Translations under genes and position numbers: made by a program
The notes under the pieces: model-generated
The model's input: the letters and a program-made list of their open reading frames with translations, nothing else
Told to the model about the DNA's origin: nothing
Databases searched by the model: none
Shown here: piece by piece, positions 30,484-39,916 of the stretch
How positions within the stretch are numbered: the first letter of the stretch is position 1
Layout of the letters: each line of letters opens with the position of its first letter
Source of the DNA: a virus
Direction: 5' to 3' (one strand)
Length of the DNA stretch: 64,000 nucleotides
Virus record (IMG/VR): IMGVR_UViG_3300004807_000021
Coordinates: 1-64,000 of that record

Positions 30484-31659
30484 TTAGCTGAACTTAACGT
30501 TAGCTGAAGTGATAGCTACTAGACCTAAATAGTCAGCGGCGTTACCTAGTGATGATGCTGTGTTTGTCAACTCAACATAACCATAACGTGTCATGAATGA
30601 TACGACTGGTTCAAATGTTGATGGATCCAATACAACACCACTGCTCATCAATGGGATATATGGGCAATAGAAAGCAGGAGCATCGCTCTCGCTTGAGCCT
30701 TTGTATCCAATTAGAATTGGAGCATTGTCATATGCATAGCTGTTAACATAAATCTTCATAGCACCGTTCAATGTACCAACGAATTTTGTATTTGTTGGAG
30801 CTTCGAATGTACCTTCTGTTGTACGAGCAAAAGCTGAAGTAGTAGCAGATTGTAGAATTGTTAAAGCAAATGGGCTTACAACAGCGTAGTTACCAGCACC
30901 ACGACGTGTACGTTGAGCGATCAAGTTGCTTACGCGATTGATCTGAACTGCCAATGCGGCATGCTCATCACCAACGAATGTTGCTGTACCAGATACTGCT
31001 GATTGATCATAAGTTTGTGTAGCTGTACCAGCTAGACTTGTTAATGATGCAATAATTTCTTGGTCGATTTCAGCTGTAATTTCTTGAGCCAAAGCAGCCA
31101 TAACTTCTGCTTCAACGTCAATACCTTGTTGGGCTTGAGCGTCTTGAGCGGCTTCAAATGTCCAACGAGCAGACAATTTACGAGTTTTAGCTTCAACTGT
31201 TTGTTTCAAGATTTGAATTGACATACGGTTACCAGCTTGACCTTCTAAAGAAGCTGTAGTAGCTGCCTTAGGTAAAGTCTCAACTTGGTTACCTGAGTAT
31301 GAAGACGCAATCTTGAATGGGCTTAATGCCTCTTCACCAGCTAGGATGCTAGCACCTGATGATGAATCTGCATAACGCACACGCAATGTGTGGATTTGAC
31401 CGACTGGGCCAGTCATTGGTTGTACACCAACTAACTCGTTAGCGATAACGGTTGGCATAACGCGACGGATCACTGGAAGGATCACGCGATTTAGTGTTGC
31501 AACGTTGCCAGCAGAAGTAGCACCAGCAGTTGGAGATTCCATCAAATACTTGCGAGTATTTTCTAGAGTTACACCCATTACTGATTTTTTAGTGCCTTGT
31601 AAGCCTTCTAATAGGGCTTCCTTAGTTTCTGCCCAACGTCCGTTTAATAGTTCTGACAT
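30484..31659 (-). CDS. gp23: Major capsid protein (T4 gp23 family)
   Basis: Motifs IRRVMP..IA.ELVGVQPMTGP.G, VEAKTRKL.ARWT.EAAQD, EITAEID.EI, FYCPYIPL and F.P...FMTRYG. Confidence 0.97.
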   Translation of the reverse strand: MSELLNGRWAETKEALLEGLQGTKKSVMGVTLENTRKYLMESPTAGATSAGNVATLNRVILPVIRRVMPTVIANELVGVQPMTGPVGQIHTLRVRYADSSSGASILAGEEALSPFKIASSYSGNQVETLPKAATTASLEGQAGNRMSIQILKQTVEAKTRKLSARWTFEAAQDAQAQQGIDVEAEVMAALAQEITAEIDQEIIASLTSLAGTATQTYDQSAVSGTATFVGDEHAALAVQINRVSNLIAQRTRRGAGNYAVVSPFALTILQSATTSAFARTTEGTFEAPTNTKFVGTLNGAMKIYVNSYAYDNAPILIGYKGSSESDAPAFYCPYIPLMSSGVVLDPSTFEPVVSFMTRYGYVELTNTASSLGNAADYLGLVAITSANVKFS

Positions 31660-31671
31660 TTAATATTCTCC

Positions 31672-32763
31672 TTAGAATTTTAGTCCAGCGAGTTTGCGGA
31701 TATCGACGATATCAGCCGTTTCGCTACTACGGGTTGTGTTGGAAATTTTATTTCCGGTTATTTCTTTAGCCTCTACTAGTGCCTGTTTCTTCTGCGGAGC
31801 CTTACCATTCAATACTGATGGCAAGTACTTTTCAAAACTTTCGTTAAGACGTTCTGTTTTCACAGACTCCATTAACTCGCTCATGATTTCACGTTGCTCA
31901 CTGTTAAGTGGGCTCAGTAACTCGCTCATGATTTCTTTTCTTGTTTGACTCTCTTTAAGAGCACGGACTTGAGCTTCTTTACTTTCTAATAGTTTCTCAG
32001 CATCTGCAACAGCTTTGGCGGCTTCTTGCATTGCTAGATCTTTCAAGTCTATGACTTTGAGTAATTTTGCTGTTTCCGATTTTTCATTTAGGTAACTTGC
32101 TTGATACTCTGAAGCAAAAGCTTCAAATAACTTGCGACCAAAATCTTGACGACGAGCGGCTTCGATGTCTTCTTTCAAGCTGTGAATTTCAGAAGTTAAA
32201 TTCTCAGTCACTACTTGATCAACCATCTTAGCGGCACGTTCAACAAATTGTTGTTTTACCTTCTTGATTTCTTGACGACCTTCGCGAACTAGGCGTACCT
32301 TAGTTTCAGCTAGATCCTTTTTGTCTTGCATAAACTCTGTAATTTCTTGAGCAAGAGCCTCAACTACAAAATGTTCTAACTTACCAAACTTGTTGGCCAT
32401 AGTAACTTGATCTTCGTGCAATTCTTTAACTTCAGAAGCCAATTGACGTGTAACAAATTCCTTCATTACAGCGGCATCTTGCTTCATCTTTTTAGCATAC
32501 TTGACTTTCATCTCAGCTAATTGCTTACGATCATCTGCAAACTCAACAAGCTCTGTAGAAAGTTGCTCGCTGATCATGCGATCAACAGCTTCAATCATTG
32601 TATTCTTGTCGTGTTCGTATTTTTGTGCGAATTCTTCGCGTAGTTGTTGAGTTAGTACTTCACGTGACTCGCTGATGCGAGCTTCGAAAGCCTGTTCAAT
32701 TGACTCTTTGATCTCTTCAGAAATCACATTGTTTTCAAATAACTGTTTTAGCGCATCCAACAT
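31672..32763 (-). CDS. gp22: Prohead core scaffolding protein (gp22-like)
   Basis: Glu/Lys-rich coiled-coil protein between protease and capsid genes; GRKLFEAF motif. Confidence 0.8.
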   Translation of the reverse strand: MLDALKQLFENNVISEEIKESIEQAFEARISESREVLTQQLREEFAQKYEHDKNTMIEAVDRMISEQLSTELVEFADDRKQLAEMKVKYAKKMKQDAAVMKEFVTRQLASEVKELHEDQVTMANKFGKLEHFVVEALAQEITEFMQDKKDLAETKVRLVREGRQEIKKVKQQFVERAAKMVDQVVTENLTSEIHSLKEDIEAARRQDFGRKLFEAFASEYQASYLNEKSETAKLLKVIDLKDLAMQEAAKAVADAEKLLESKEAQVRALKESQTRKEIMSELLSPLNSEQREIMSELMESVKTERLNESFEKYLPSVLNGKAPQKKQALVEAKEITGNKISNTTRSSETADIVDIRKLAGLKF

Positions 32764-32778
32764 ATATGATTCTCCTTG

Positions 32779-33414
32779 TTATTGGAGTTTGCTTATTATT
32801 GATAATAAGCTCTCTTTGAGATATTTCTGTGCTTTAGGATCTCCCTTGACCTCTTGCGCTATACGCAAGGCATTTAGACCACCGCGATTATTCATCAAGT
32901 GTTCGTAAATTGGTGTAGGATATGCTCCTGGAGCACTGGGTTGAGCTACCATATCTACTGTGATAATCTCAAAATCTGATACTTCACCGGATCCGTCATC
33001 TCTGACGTTTCCGGATCCGCGACTTGAAACACCTAGCTTGACTCCGCTTTCCAGCATTGTCTTGATAAGCTGTCCCATAGGGGTTGGTAAAATTTTCAGT
33101 TTACCGTAACCATTAGGACCGTCCATCCACATATTAACTATCATGTGACTTACACGATCCAGGTTAATTTTTAGATCATCTGGATGATCTACTTCTCCGA
33201 GAACTGAATAACCGTTCTGAATCTGATCGTTAAGGGTCTTAACAGCCTTGCCAATCTCATTAACAGGGTAAACACGCTGGTTAGCGTTACGTATACCGCC
33301 CTGGATACAAATCCCGGACATGTACAAGTTCTTACCGTCTTTGTCATCAGATTCAACGATCATTTTTGCTTCGTTGAAACTGAGATTCTCTCGGAGGTAT
33401 AACATATTTTTCAA
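32779..33414 (-). CDS. gp21: Prohead protease (T4 gp21 family)
   Basis: N.N.RVYP, LGEVDHP, RVSH, ILPTPMG, GVSSRGSG (catalytic Ser) and D.VAQPSAP.A. Confidence 0.95.
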   Translation of the reverse strand: MKNMLYLRENLSFNEAKMIVESDDKDGKNLYMSGICIQGGIRNANQRVYPVNEIGKAVKTLNDQIQNGYSVLGEVDHPDDLKINLDRVSHMIVNMWMDGPNGYGKLKILPTPMGQLIKTMLESGVKLGVSSRGSGNVRDDGSGEVSDFEIITVDMVAQPSAPGAYPTPIYEHLMNNRGGLNALRIAQEVKGDPKAQKYLKESLLSIISKLQ

Positions 33415-33426
33415 TGTCGTCTCTTA

Positions 33427-34260
33427 TTACTTACGTGCTTTCAAGATGCTCTGCTTGTTATCAGCAGTTTCTTTCTTGCCAGCTTTTTCTGGACCATGAC
33501 CTGGTTCATGCTTCTTAAATGCTGTTTTACCTGCATTTGATTGTACACGATTGTGTACGTTCATGCCTTTAGTCAAGTCGTCTGGTGTATTCTTAGCTAG
33601 TCCGCCAGTTGTTCCACCGCTTGTTGTGCTGAAGTTCTTAGCGATATTAGCAGTTGTTCCACCCATATCGTTCTTCATGTTGTCAATTGTTGACTTTGTA
33701 TTTTGTCCATTGTCACCATGTGTTACGGATACTTTCTTGTAGTATTCCATCATTGGCTCTGGACTACCCATACCATCTTCTTCGTCCATGCCCATGTCCA
33801 TGTCATGTCCTGCGTCATGGATTGCGTCCATGTCGTGATGTCCTTCTTCGCCTTCTTGTGACAATAGTTGTTCAAATTCTGCTTTTAGGTCTTCCAATGC
33901 ATCTTCTAGATCCATTACGCGATCTTCGATATCACCGTCTTCACCCTCTTCGTCACCAAAATCTGGCTCTTCTTCGCCGTCATCTTCTGGATCTTCACCA
34001 TCATCTTCTGGCTCTTCACCATCATCTTCTGGTTCTTCGGATTCTTCCTCGTCACCTACAGATTCTTCTTCTTCCTCTTCTTCCTCTTCTTCCTTAGCAT
34101 AAGGATTGCCTTTGTCTTGTTCAAAGTCTTCGGCTAGTAGTTCTTCGTAAATTTCACGTGATTTAGAAACTACGATATTGTGGAATATTTCTTTAGCTTG
34201 GTCAGTATCATCATTGATTAAAGCTTCAAGCATTGCTTCGAATTGAGCGCGGTCAGTCAT
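33427..34260 (-). CDS. Highly acidic prohead core protein (gp67-like by position and composition)
   Basis: Poly-Glu/Asp tracts; located between portal and protease genes. Confidence 0.65.
   Translation of the reverse strand: MTDRAQFEAMLEALINDDTDQAKEIFHNIVVSKSREIYEELLAEDFEQDKGNPYAKEEEEEEEEEESVGDEEESEEPEDDGEEPEDDGEDPEDDGEEEPDFGDEEGEDGDIEDRVMDLEDALEDLKAEFEQLLSQEGEEGHHDMDAIHDAGHDMDMGMDEEDGMGSPEPMMEYYKKVSVTHGDNGQNTKSTIDNMKNDMGGTTANIAKNFSTTSGGTTGGLAKNTPDDLTKGMNVHNRVQSNAGKTAFKKHEPGHGPEKAGKKETADNKQSILKARK
33971..34038. repeat. 21-bp tandem repeat, 3 copies plus partial (EPEDDGE-type peptide)
   Basis: TCTTCRCCRTCATCTTCTGGN at 33971, 33992 and 34013, inside the acidic core gene. Confidence 0.85.
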
Positions 34261-34338
34261 GTTAAATTCTCCTGTTGTTGTGATACAAGGCTGTCTATTA
34301 TTTACACTAAATGAGAATATTAGTGCATATAAAGGCTG

Positions 34339-34363
34339 AAAATAGTCAGTTTTTGACTATTTT
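34339..34363. terminator. AT-rich inverted repeat, possible terminator
   Basis: AAAATAGTCA-GTTTT-TGACTATTTT just after the 80-aa gene. Confidence 0.4.
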
Positions 34364-34374
34364 TACTTATTTTG

Positions 34375-34617
34375 TTAGGCACCAGCTGGAGCTGGTGGTG
34401 TGGCGTACATTGAATGTATAAATTCTAATTCGCTTTCCTGTTCCAATATGTGAGCTTCCGTACTCTTACGTAGCTCGTTAATTTGTTTAAGAGTTAATCT
34501 TGTTTTACGAGTATCACTTCTATGCACCATATCGCCATCGCGATTAGGTTCGTAGCGCAGATCATTAGCCACATGGCGTGTGTCTGGATCGATGTAAAAC
34601 AATTCTCTAAGTATCAT
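34375..34617 (-). CDS. Small head-module protein
   Basis: 80 aa (RKTRLTLKQINELRK), directly after the portal gene, preceded by TAAATA-N4-ATG. Confidence 0.65.
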   Translation of the reverse strand: MILRELFYIDPDTRHVANDLRYEPNRDGDMVHRSDTRKTRLTLKQINELRKSTEAHILEQESELEFIHSMYATPPAPAGA

Positions 34618-34624
34618 ATTGTAT

Positions 34625-36352
34625 TTATGCGGCTGGTGCGGCGCCAGCGGCTGGAGGAGCTGCCGCGGCTCCTGGACTTGGTGTAGCTTCGTCGGAACTC
34701 ATATCATCTGGTGCTGACAAGTCTCCTGCGGCATCTGCATCGCCTGCCATACCTGCGGCACTAAGTCCTGCGCTACGCAATTCACCTGCGGCGTCAGTAC
34801 TTGTAGGTTGTCCCTTGCCATTTTCTTCTGCCCAGAAACGTTCGTTTTCTGCTACTTCTTCGTCTGTCAAACCCAAGAAACGTTTCAATGCAAAACGCTT
34901 TGACATGAAAGGAACTGCTTGAATTGTATTAAATGTGTTGATACGCTCTGCATCTATGGCCGCTTGACGACTACTTGCAAAGTTCATTGGAGGATTAAAC
35001 TCTACTTCAAACAATGCTGGATCAATGTTCATGCCTTTACTGCTCATGAACATCTTAAATTCTTCGTCAAATACTGTGGTAATTAAACTTTGTAAGCGTT
35101 CGCAATACTTGTTGAAGCGCAGTTCCTGTATGTAAGCTGTGCCCACACGACCGTCATTAAAGTTACTTTGACTGTCGTCTTGCCCTGTTGGCAAGTAACT
35201 GCTAGGTATACGTAATCCACGGAATAACTTGTTAGTAAAGTACTTCAAGTCATCAATTTCGCCTATATTCTTACCGCCTTCTAGCATCTTGACGTCTGAT
35301 CCTTTGCCGTCTGCTGTTTTAGGGAAGAAGTAATCTTCATTGATGCTGAGAGGGTTGTATGCAGAGTCTATGACGTTCTGTCCGCCTCCTGTTTGTGACG
35401 GAATACGACGTTGGTGGATTTCGTTTTTAACACGCTCAACAAAGGCCATGGCCAAATGACTGGGCATATTACCCACGTCAATGGTAAACACACGACGTTC
35501 TGGAGCACGACTTATACGATAGATAAGAATCGCATCTTCTAATAATTCTTTTTGTTTGTAAACTTTGTAGACATTTTCTAATAAACTATTGCCAAATGGA
35601 TAGTTATTGTCTAACCCTTCACTCAAACTTAAATGCACTACATGTTCTGCGTTTATAGCATGTTCTGTCATTTGTAAACCAAAACGACTGCTACTGCTAG
35701 AACCTGCACTGCCTTTAGCTCCACCGCTTTGTCCTGAGTAACCGCCTACAGACTGTGGGCCACCTCCACCTTGTCGTGGATTAATATTAGGAGTGATTTG
35801 TGTAGCAACTAGATTAACAAAATTAGGTGCTAGGTCTTTAATAATGTACTGCTCTGGCTTTTTGCCTTCGCTTTCGTTAACAATAACTTTGATAATTTGA
35901 CTTGTCTCAACCCATGACCATTTTTGATTTTCTGGATCACGAATAAAGAAAGCATCACCATACTTAAAAGTATTACGTACAATACGGAATATACGTTTAT
36001 CAAAGTCTTGCAAGCGATTCCACTGCTGTAGATACTCGCCTACAATTTTAATTTCAGCATTAGTGGCCTTTTGTCGCCACTTGACAGCAAAGGCACTTTT
36101 ACCATCTTTGAGTTTTTGTGTACAGAATTCGGCCAAAATATCCAATGCGGCATTGACTTCTGGATCTGAGTCCATAACTTCATATTGTTGATAGCGTTCA
36201 ACACGATTTGGACTGCCTGTGTATACATCAGGAAGATAACTGGAGTAATTAGTACGTGCAGGTCCTGGTCGGCCGCCACTGCCATTAAGTCCGCTGATTG
36301 GGCTTAATTGACTATCAACCGTTACAGGTTGGAAATACTTTTTCCATGTCAT
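34625..36352 (-). CDS. gp20: Portal protein (T4 gp20 family)
   Basis: LLEDAILIYRISRAPERRVF.IDVGNMP...A, EDYFFP, DDLKYF..KLFRGLRIP.S.L and ELRF.K..ERLQ. Confidence 0.96.
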   Translation of the reverse strand: MTWKKYFQPVTVDSQLSPISGLNGSGGRPGPARTNYSSYLPDVYTGSPNRVERYQQYEVMDSDPEVNAALDILAEFCTQKLKDGKSAFAVKWRQKATNAEIKIVGEYLQQWNRLQDFDKRIFRIVRNTFKYGDAFFIRDPENQKWSWVETSQIIKVIVNESEGKKPEQYIIKDLAPNFVNLVATQITPNINPRQGGGGPQSVGGYSGQSGGAKGSAGSSSSSRFGLQMTEHAINAEHVVHLSLSEGLDNNYPFGNSLLENVYKVYKQKELLEDAILIYRISRAPERRVFTIDVGNMPSHLAMAFVERVKNEIHQRRIPSQTGGGQNVIDSAYNPLSINEDYFFPKTADGKGSDVKMLEGGKNIGEIDDLKYFTNKLFRGLRIPSSYLPTGQDDSQSNFNDGRVGTAYIQELRFNKYCERLQSLITTVFDEEFKMFMSSKGMNIDPALFEVEFNPPMNFASSRQAAIDAERINTFNTIQAVPFMSKRFALKRFLGLTDEEVAENERFWAEENGKGQPTSTDAAGELRSAGLSAAGMAGDADAAGDLSAPDDMSSDEATPSPGAAAAPPAAGAAPAA

Positions 36353-36364
36353 CGTATGTTATCC

Positions 36365-38650
36365 TTAGGTGGCAAACTTGTTGCCTGACAAACTCTTAGT
36401 GGCCTTAACTTGGGCTTGGGCTGCCGTAGCAGTCTGTTGTGTATAAGTCAGCACTTGCTTCATAGTTATATTTAACTGATGTAAGCTGGCATTGAGATCT
36501 TTCATGGATATTTCTCCAACAGCAGGCGCAGTTTTTTGATCTGCAGGCTGTTCTTTAGCAGTCTTAGCTTTGGCTTCTGCATCAGCTTTGGCCTTAGTTT
36601 CTGCATCAGCTTTGTTGTCAACTTTGGGAGGACTAATTTTAGTTGCTGTCTTTTCAATTTCATCAAAGTTTGGTAATTTTATTCCGCCAAATCCTTCTAT
36701 GCCTTTTGGTAATGCTTCTGTTATTTTGTCGGCGCCGGATGCTTTAACTAATTTATTGCTTTCCTCACTTGCTTTTTTCTTGGCAGCTTCTAATCCACCT
36801 CCTGCATCTAGTTTAGGTATATCTTCTATCTTAAGGCTTTCAAACCTACGTTTGGCTTCCTCCATTATTTCTTTTGGATCTTTGCCTCCTGGTCCGCCTG
36901 CACTGCTAATAGTAGTCTGAACCATTTTACTCATTTCAGACATCTTAAGACCCATGTTTTGCACAGCTTCGGGTTTTAGCACAGCTTCACCTTTGTGAAT
37001 TTTTGCAATCACGTCAGCAGGTTCTACAGGACTTCCAGTTTTTTCCAGTGTACCACCGTCTCGTTGTTCTTTAGGTTGTGTGCCATTGATTGCTTCTTTA
37101 CCAAAATCTACAACCTTGCCTACACCTTTAGCAACAGTTTCTGCTCCTTTGCCTACAGCTCCTACTGTACTCAATGCTTTACTGCCTAAATCTGTAGGTG
37201 TAGGACTTTTACCATCGTAGCCTTTATATCCTTGTGTAACTCCTAGTTCAAATGCTTGAGGTTTAGTTACTACTTGTCCATTGCTGAGTTTAGTTTGTGC
37301 TCCTAGTGCAGTATCTGCAAATTTATTAATAGAAGGTCCTGCTTTTTCATTTAGCGGATTTACCAACTTGTTCATTACTGCCGAGCCAGCATCATTCATG
37401 CGTTGTTCAATGTTTAATGCGGCTTTAGTAGTTGCGGCGCCTTCTTTATCTGTACCATCTTTCTTTTTGGCGGCAGCATCTTCAGCAACTTGTTTGTCAA
37501 TTGCGGCTAGTTTTTGTTGATCACTTAGTTTAGCAAAATTAGCATCTTGTTCTAATTTCTTACGTGCATCGTATACTGCTTGATCGTTTTTTAATTGTTG
37601 CTGTGCTTGTTTGTTGTATGCTCCGCCTACATCACCATACAGGGCCGCAGTCATTATGGAAGTATTTTTACTGTTGGCTAGTTGTTCAACACGGGCTTGT
37701 TCATTAAATTTACTAGCGGCTTCGTGGTCGCCTCTTGCTGTGGCCTTAGCTTGTTCAGCTGTAGCAATAGCTTGTTTGCCCAACATTGCACTTTGAGTTG
37801 CGGCTTCTTGACTGATGGCATGACCTGTAGCAAATACTTCTTTGAAGAACTGACCTTGACCACGTGCTTCAGCCTGTTGCATTTGAATAGCGAATTCTTT
37901 ACGTGCTTTGGCTTCTGCTTCAGGACCTTGTTGTGCGCCCAGTAATCTAAACTTGGCTTCAACCATCGAGTCTGCTTGTGCTTTCTTCAAAGCATCTTCT
38001 TGTTCTTGACGACTCTTACCTGTCAAGATAGCAGTTTTATTCATTTGATCCGCTAGTTCCGTAGCGGCTTTGATACTTTCTTCGTGACCTTCTTTATTAT
38101 CTTTGAAACTTCCTCGTTGGAAACTGATTTGTAATGCTAGAGTATCGTTAAGTTCTTTGTTGGTAATACCCATTGAGCGCAGTCTATCTGTCTCAACGGC
38201 ATTGTTATCATACATTTCTTTTGTAAGTTTAGCAAAGTTTTCTGCTCCCTTACTGACGTTACCACCTAAGCCAACAAACGCTGTATTGTTTTTTTGTATG
38301 GTATCTGTAAATTCACCTAGACTGACTCGACTGCCTGCTTGAGCGGCTCGCATGCCCACTAGGTCGTTGCTGAAATTTGCACCAGATTTACTTAGATTCT
38401 GAAAAGCACCTATGTTTTCTTGAGTGGCAGCCTTTAGATCACTCAGACCTTTACCGGCCGCGTCCGCTCCTACACCTAATCTTTCTTTTAGTTTGTCACC
38501 AACTGATCCAGCATAAGAGTCTGCTTTTTCAAATCCAGTTGTTACTGGGCCTGTGCTTTTAGGAGCCGAGTTACCACCTTGGTTCTTGGCAATAGCATCA
38601 GCAATCAGCTTGGCACCGCGTTCGTCAATTGGTGGTGGAGTGTCGGCCAT
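36365..38650 (-). CDS. Tape-measure-like protein
   Basis: Long Ala/Lys/Gln-rich helical protein with the 'DGG....G...IHKGEAVL' motif common in tape-measure C-termini. Lies near the gp26-like chaperone. Confidence 0.6.
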   Translation of the reverse strand: MADTPPPIDERGAKLIADAIAKNQGGNSAPKSTGPVTTGFEKADSYAGSVGDKLKERLGVGADAAGKGLSDLKAATQENIGAFQNLSKSGANFSNDLVGMRAAQAGSRVSLGEFTDTIQKNNTAFVGLGGNVSKGAENFAKLTKEMYDNNAVETDRLRSMGITNKELNDTLALQISFQRGSFKDNKEGHEESIKAATELADQMNKTAILTGKSRQEQEDALKKAQADSMVEAKFRLLGAQQGPEAEAKARKEFAIQMQQAEARGQGQFFKEVFATGHAISQEAATQSAMLGKQAIATAEQAKATARGDHEAASKFNEQARVEQLANSKNTSIMTAALYGDVGGAYNKQAQQQLKNDQAVYDARKKLEQDANFAKLSDQQKLAAIDKQVAEDAAAKKKDGTDKEGAATTKAALNIEQRMNDAGSAVMNKLVNPLNEKAGPSINKFADTALGAQTKLSNGQVVTKPQAFELGVTQGYKGYDGKSPTPTDLGSKALSTVGAVGKGAETVAKGVGKVVDFGKEAINGTQPKEQRDGGTLEKTGSPVEPADVIAKIHKGEAVLKPEAVQNMGLKMSEMSKMVQTTISSAGGPGGKDPKEIMEEAKRRFESLKIEDIPKLDAGGGLEAAKKKASEESNKLVKASGADKITEALPKGIEGFGGIKLPNFDEIEKTATKISPPKVDNKADAETKAKADAEAKAKTAKEQPADQKTAPAVGEISMKDLNASLHQLNITMKQVLTYTQQTATAAQAQVKATKSLSGNKFAT

Positions 38651-38674
38651 AAAAAATCCTAGAAATATATTTTA

Positions 38675-38698
38675 TATTTATAGGATTGAATTAACTGC
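38675..38698 (-). promoter_or_regulatory. Late promoter TATAAATA with upstream GCAGTTAAT element
   Basis: The minus strand reads GCAGTTAAT-TCAATCCT-ATAAATA; perfect T4 late -10 at 38675-38682. Confidence 0.7.
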
Positions 38699-38715
38699 TA
38701 GTTTAACCAACTGTG

Positions 38716-39828
38716 CTACATGCTGTCAAAACTTCCATATCCGGGTTGTTTTTCTGCGGCAGTTGCTGGTGGTTTGCCCTTGGCCACAACAGCATCATAC
38801 TTGGCTTTTTCTTTGGGATCATATTGTATAGCATACTTGACCTGTCCCCAGCTGTCTGCATAGGGCAAGAGATAGCCATCCTTGTCTGTAATGCGCACTC
38901 CGCCCACTACCACAGAGTTAGTGCCAGATTGTACATTATCTGCATTGCCCAGTTCGGCATCTCGTTTGGCCAGCCTAGGATCTTTATCTCTTTCAGCTTT
39001 GGTAACATCATAGTAGTTGTCGCCCTTGGCTAGATCTGACATGTCGCCACTCTTCATGGCTTTCTTAAATCCACTTACACCTTTGTAGAATATTAGCCAA
39101 GCGTCTTCACCCACTTCACCAGCAAGTGTTAACGGACCAAATAAATTTTTCACAGCCCATTCTTGTCCTTGTGGACTCATTAACCACCACTGCACTGCCT
39201 GTGTCAATACTTCAAAACTGACAAATCCTAGAAATGCTCCGCCAAATGTGGCCAAGCTGCCAGCAACACTGAGTATGCCCACTATGGCTCTAGTGAGCAT
39301 GAACACATTGCTGATCTTTTTGATCATGCCAACTATCAAAGGCAGTGCCACTTGTGCTTCCCATAGACCAATATAGAATCTGCGCCATTCTTTGTATTCG
39401 CCTTCGTTGAATTCCATGGAAGCATCGCCAGGCATGTCTTTGACCAGTCCTGTTGGATCTGGATTTTTCTGTCCACGCTGTCCTGCACGATAGTCTGCTT
39501 CCACTGCGGCCAAGTGTGCCCACAGTTCATAACAGGCAGTGGCAAAACCAATGGCCTTGAACACTCCCCACCAAGTCATGCCCATGCGACTAGTGCCTGC
39601 GCTCTTGGCCGCTTCAATGTCCTTGGCAAACTCGCCTGCTTCAATACGCTTGTTAATTACTTTTAAGTAGGCTGCTGGATCTTTTTTGATGTTTTTCAAG
39701 GCCGCCGCCATTTCTTTAGGCGTAACAGCGGCCACTGCCTTGGTCACAGGATTTACTGTTGGAGCGGCTGACTGTCCCCAAGTCAAGGGATTGTACCAAG
39801 TTTCAGATATAATTTCGTAGACTTTCAT
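38716..39828 (-). CDS. Hypothetical membrane-interacting protein with capsid-targeting-like N-terminus
   Basis: Starts MKVYEIISE. Has long hydrophobic segments (AIVGILSVAGSLATFGGAFLGFVSF). TAAATA lies 6 nt before the ATG. Confidence 0.6.
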   Translation of the reverse strand: MKVYEIISETWYNPLTWGQSAAPTVNPVTKAVAAVTPKEMAAALKNIKKDPAAYLKVINKRIEAGEFAKDIEAAKSAGTSRMGMTWWGVFKAIGFATACYELWAHLAAVEADYRAGQRGQKNPDPTGLVKDMPGDASMEFNEGEYKEWRRFYIGLWEAQVALPLIVGMIKKISNVFMLTRAIVGILSVAGSLATFGGAFLGFVSFEVLTQAVQWWLMSPQGQEWAVKNLFGPLTLAGEVGEDAWLIFYKGVSGFKKAMKSGDMSDLAKGDNYYDVTKAERDKDPRLAKRDAELGNADNVQSGTNSVVVGGVRITDKDGYLLPYADSWGQVKYAIQYDPKEKAKYDAVVAKGKPPATAAEKQPGYGSFDSM

Positions 39829-39883
39829 ATCGTATATTTACCTGTTAGACTGTTTGAATAAAAAATACACCAAAAAATACGCA

Positions 39884-39891
39884 TATAAATA
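39884..39891 (+). promoter_or_regulatory. T4-type late promoter TATAAATA
   Basis: Exact gp55 consensus 25 nt upstream of the gp26-like start, with a GGAG SD in between. Confidence 0.8.
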
Positions 39892-39916
39892 ACACATAAT
39901 CCCATTTGGAGACAGC

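Noticed and set aside
33971-34092. Tandem repeats as a possible CRISPR array
   Set aside because: Contiguous in-frame coding repeats with no spacers.
33654-34097. 147-aa His/Leu/Arg-rich plus-strand ORF
   Set aside because: Antisense shadow of the Glu/Asp repeats in the acidic core gene; no SD or promoter.
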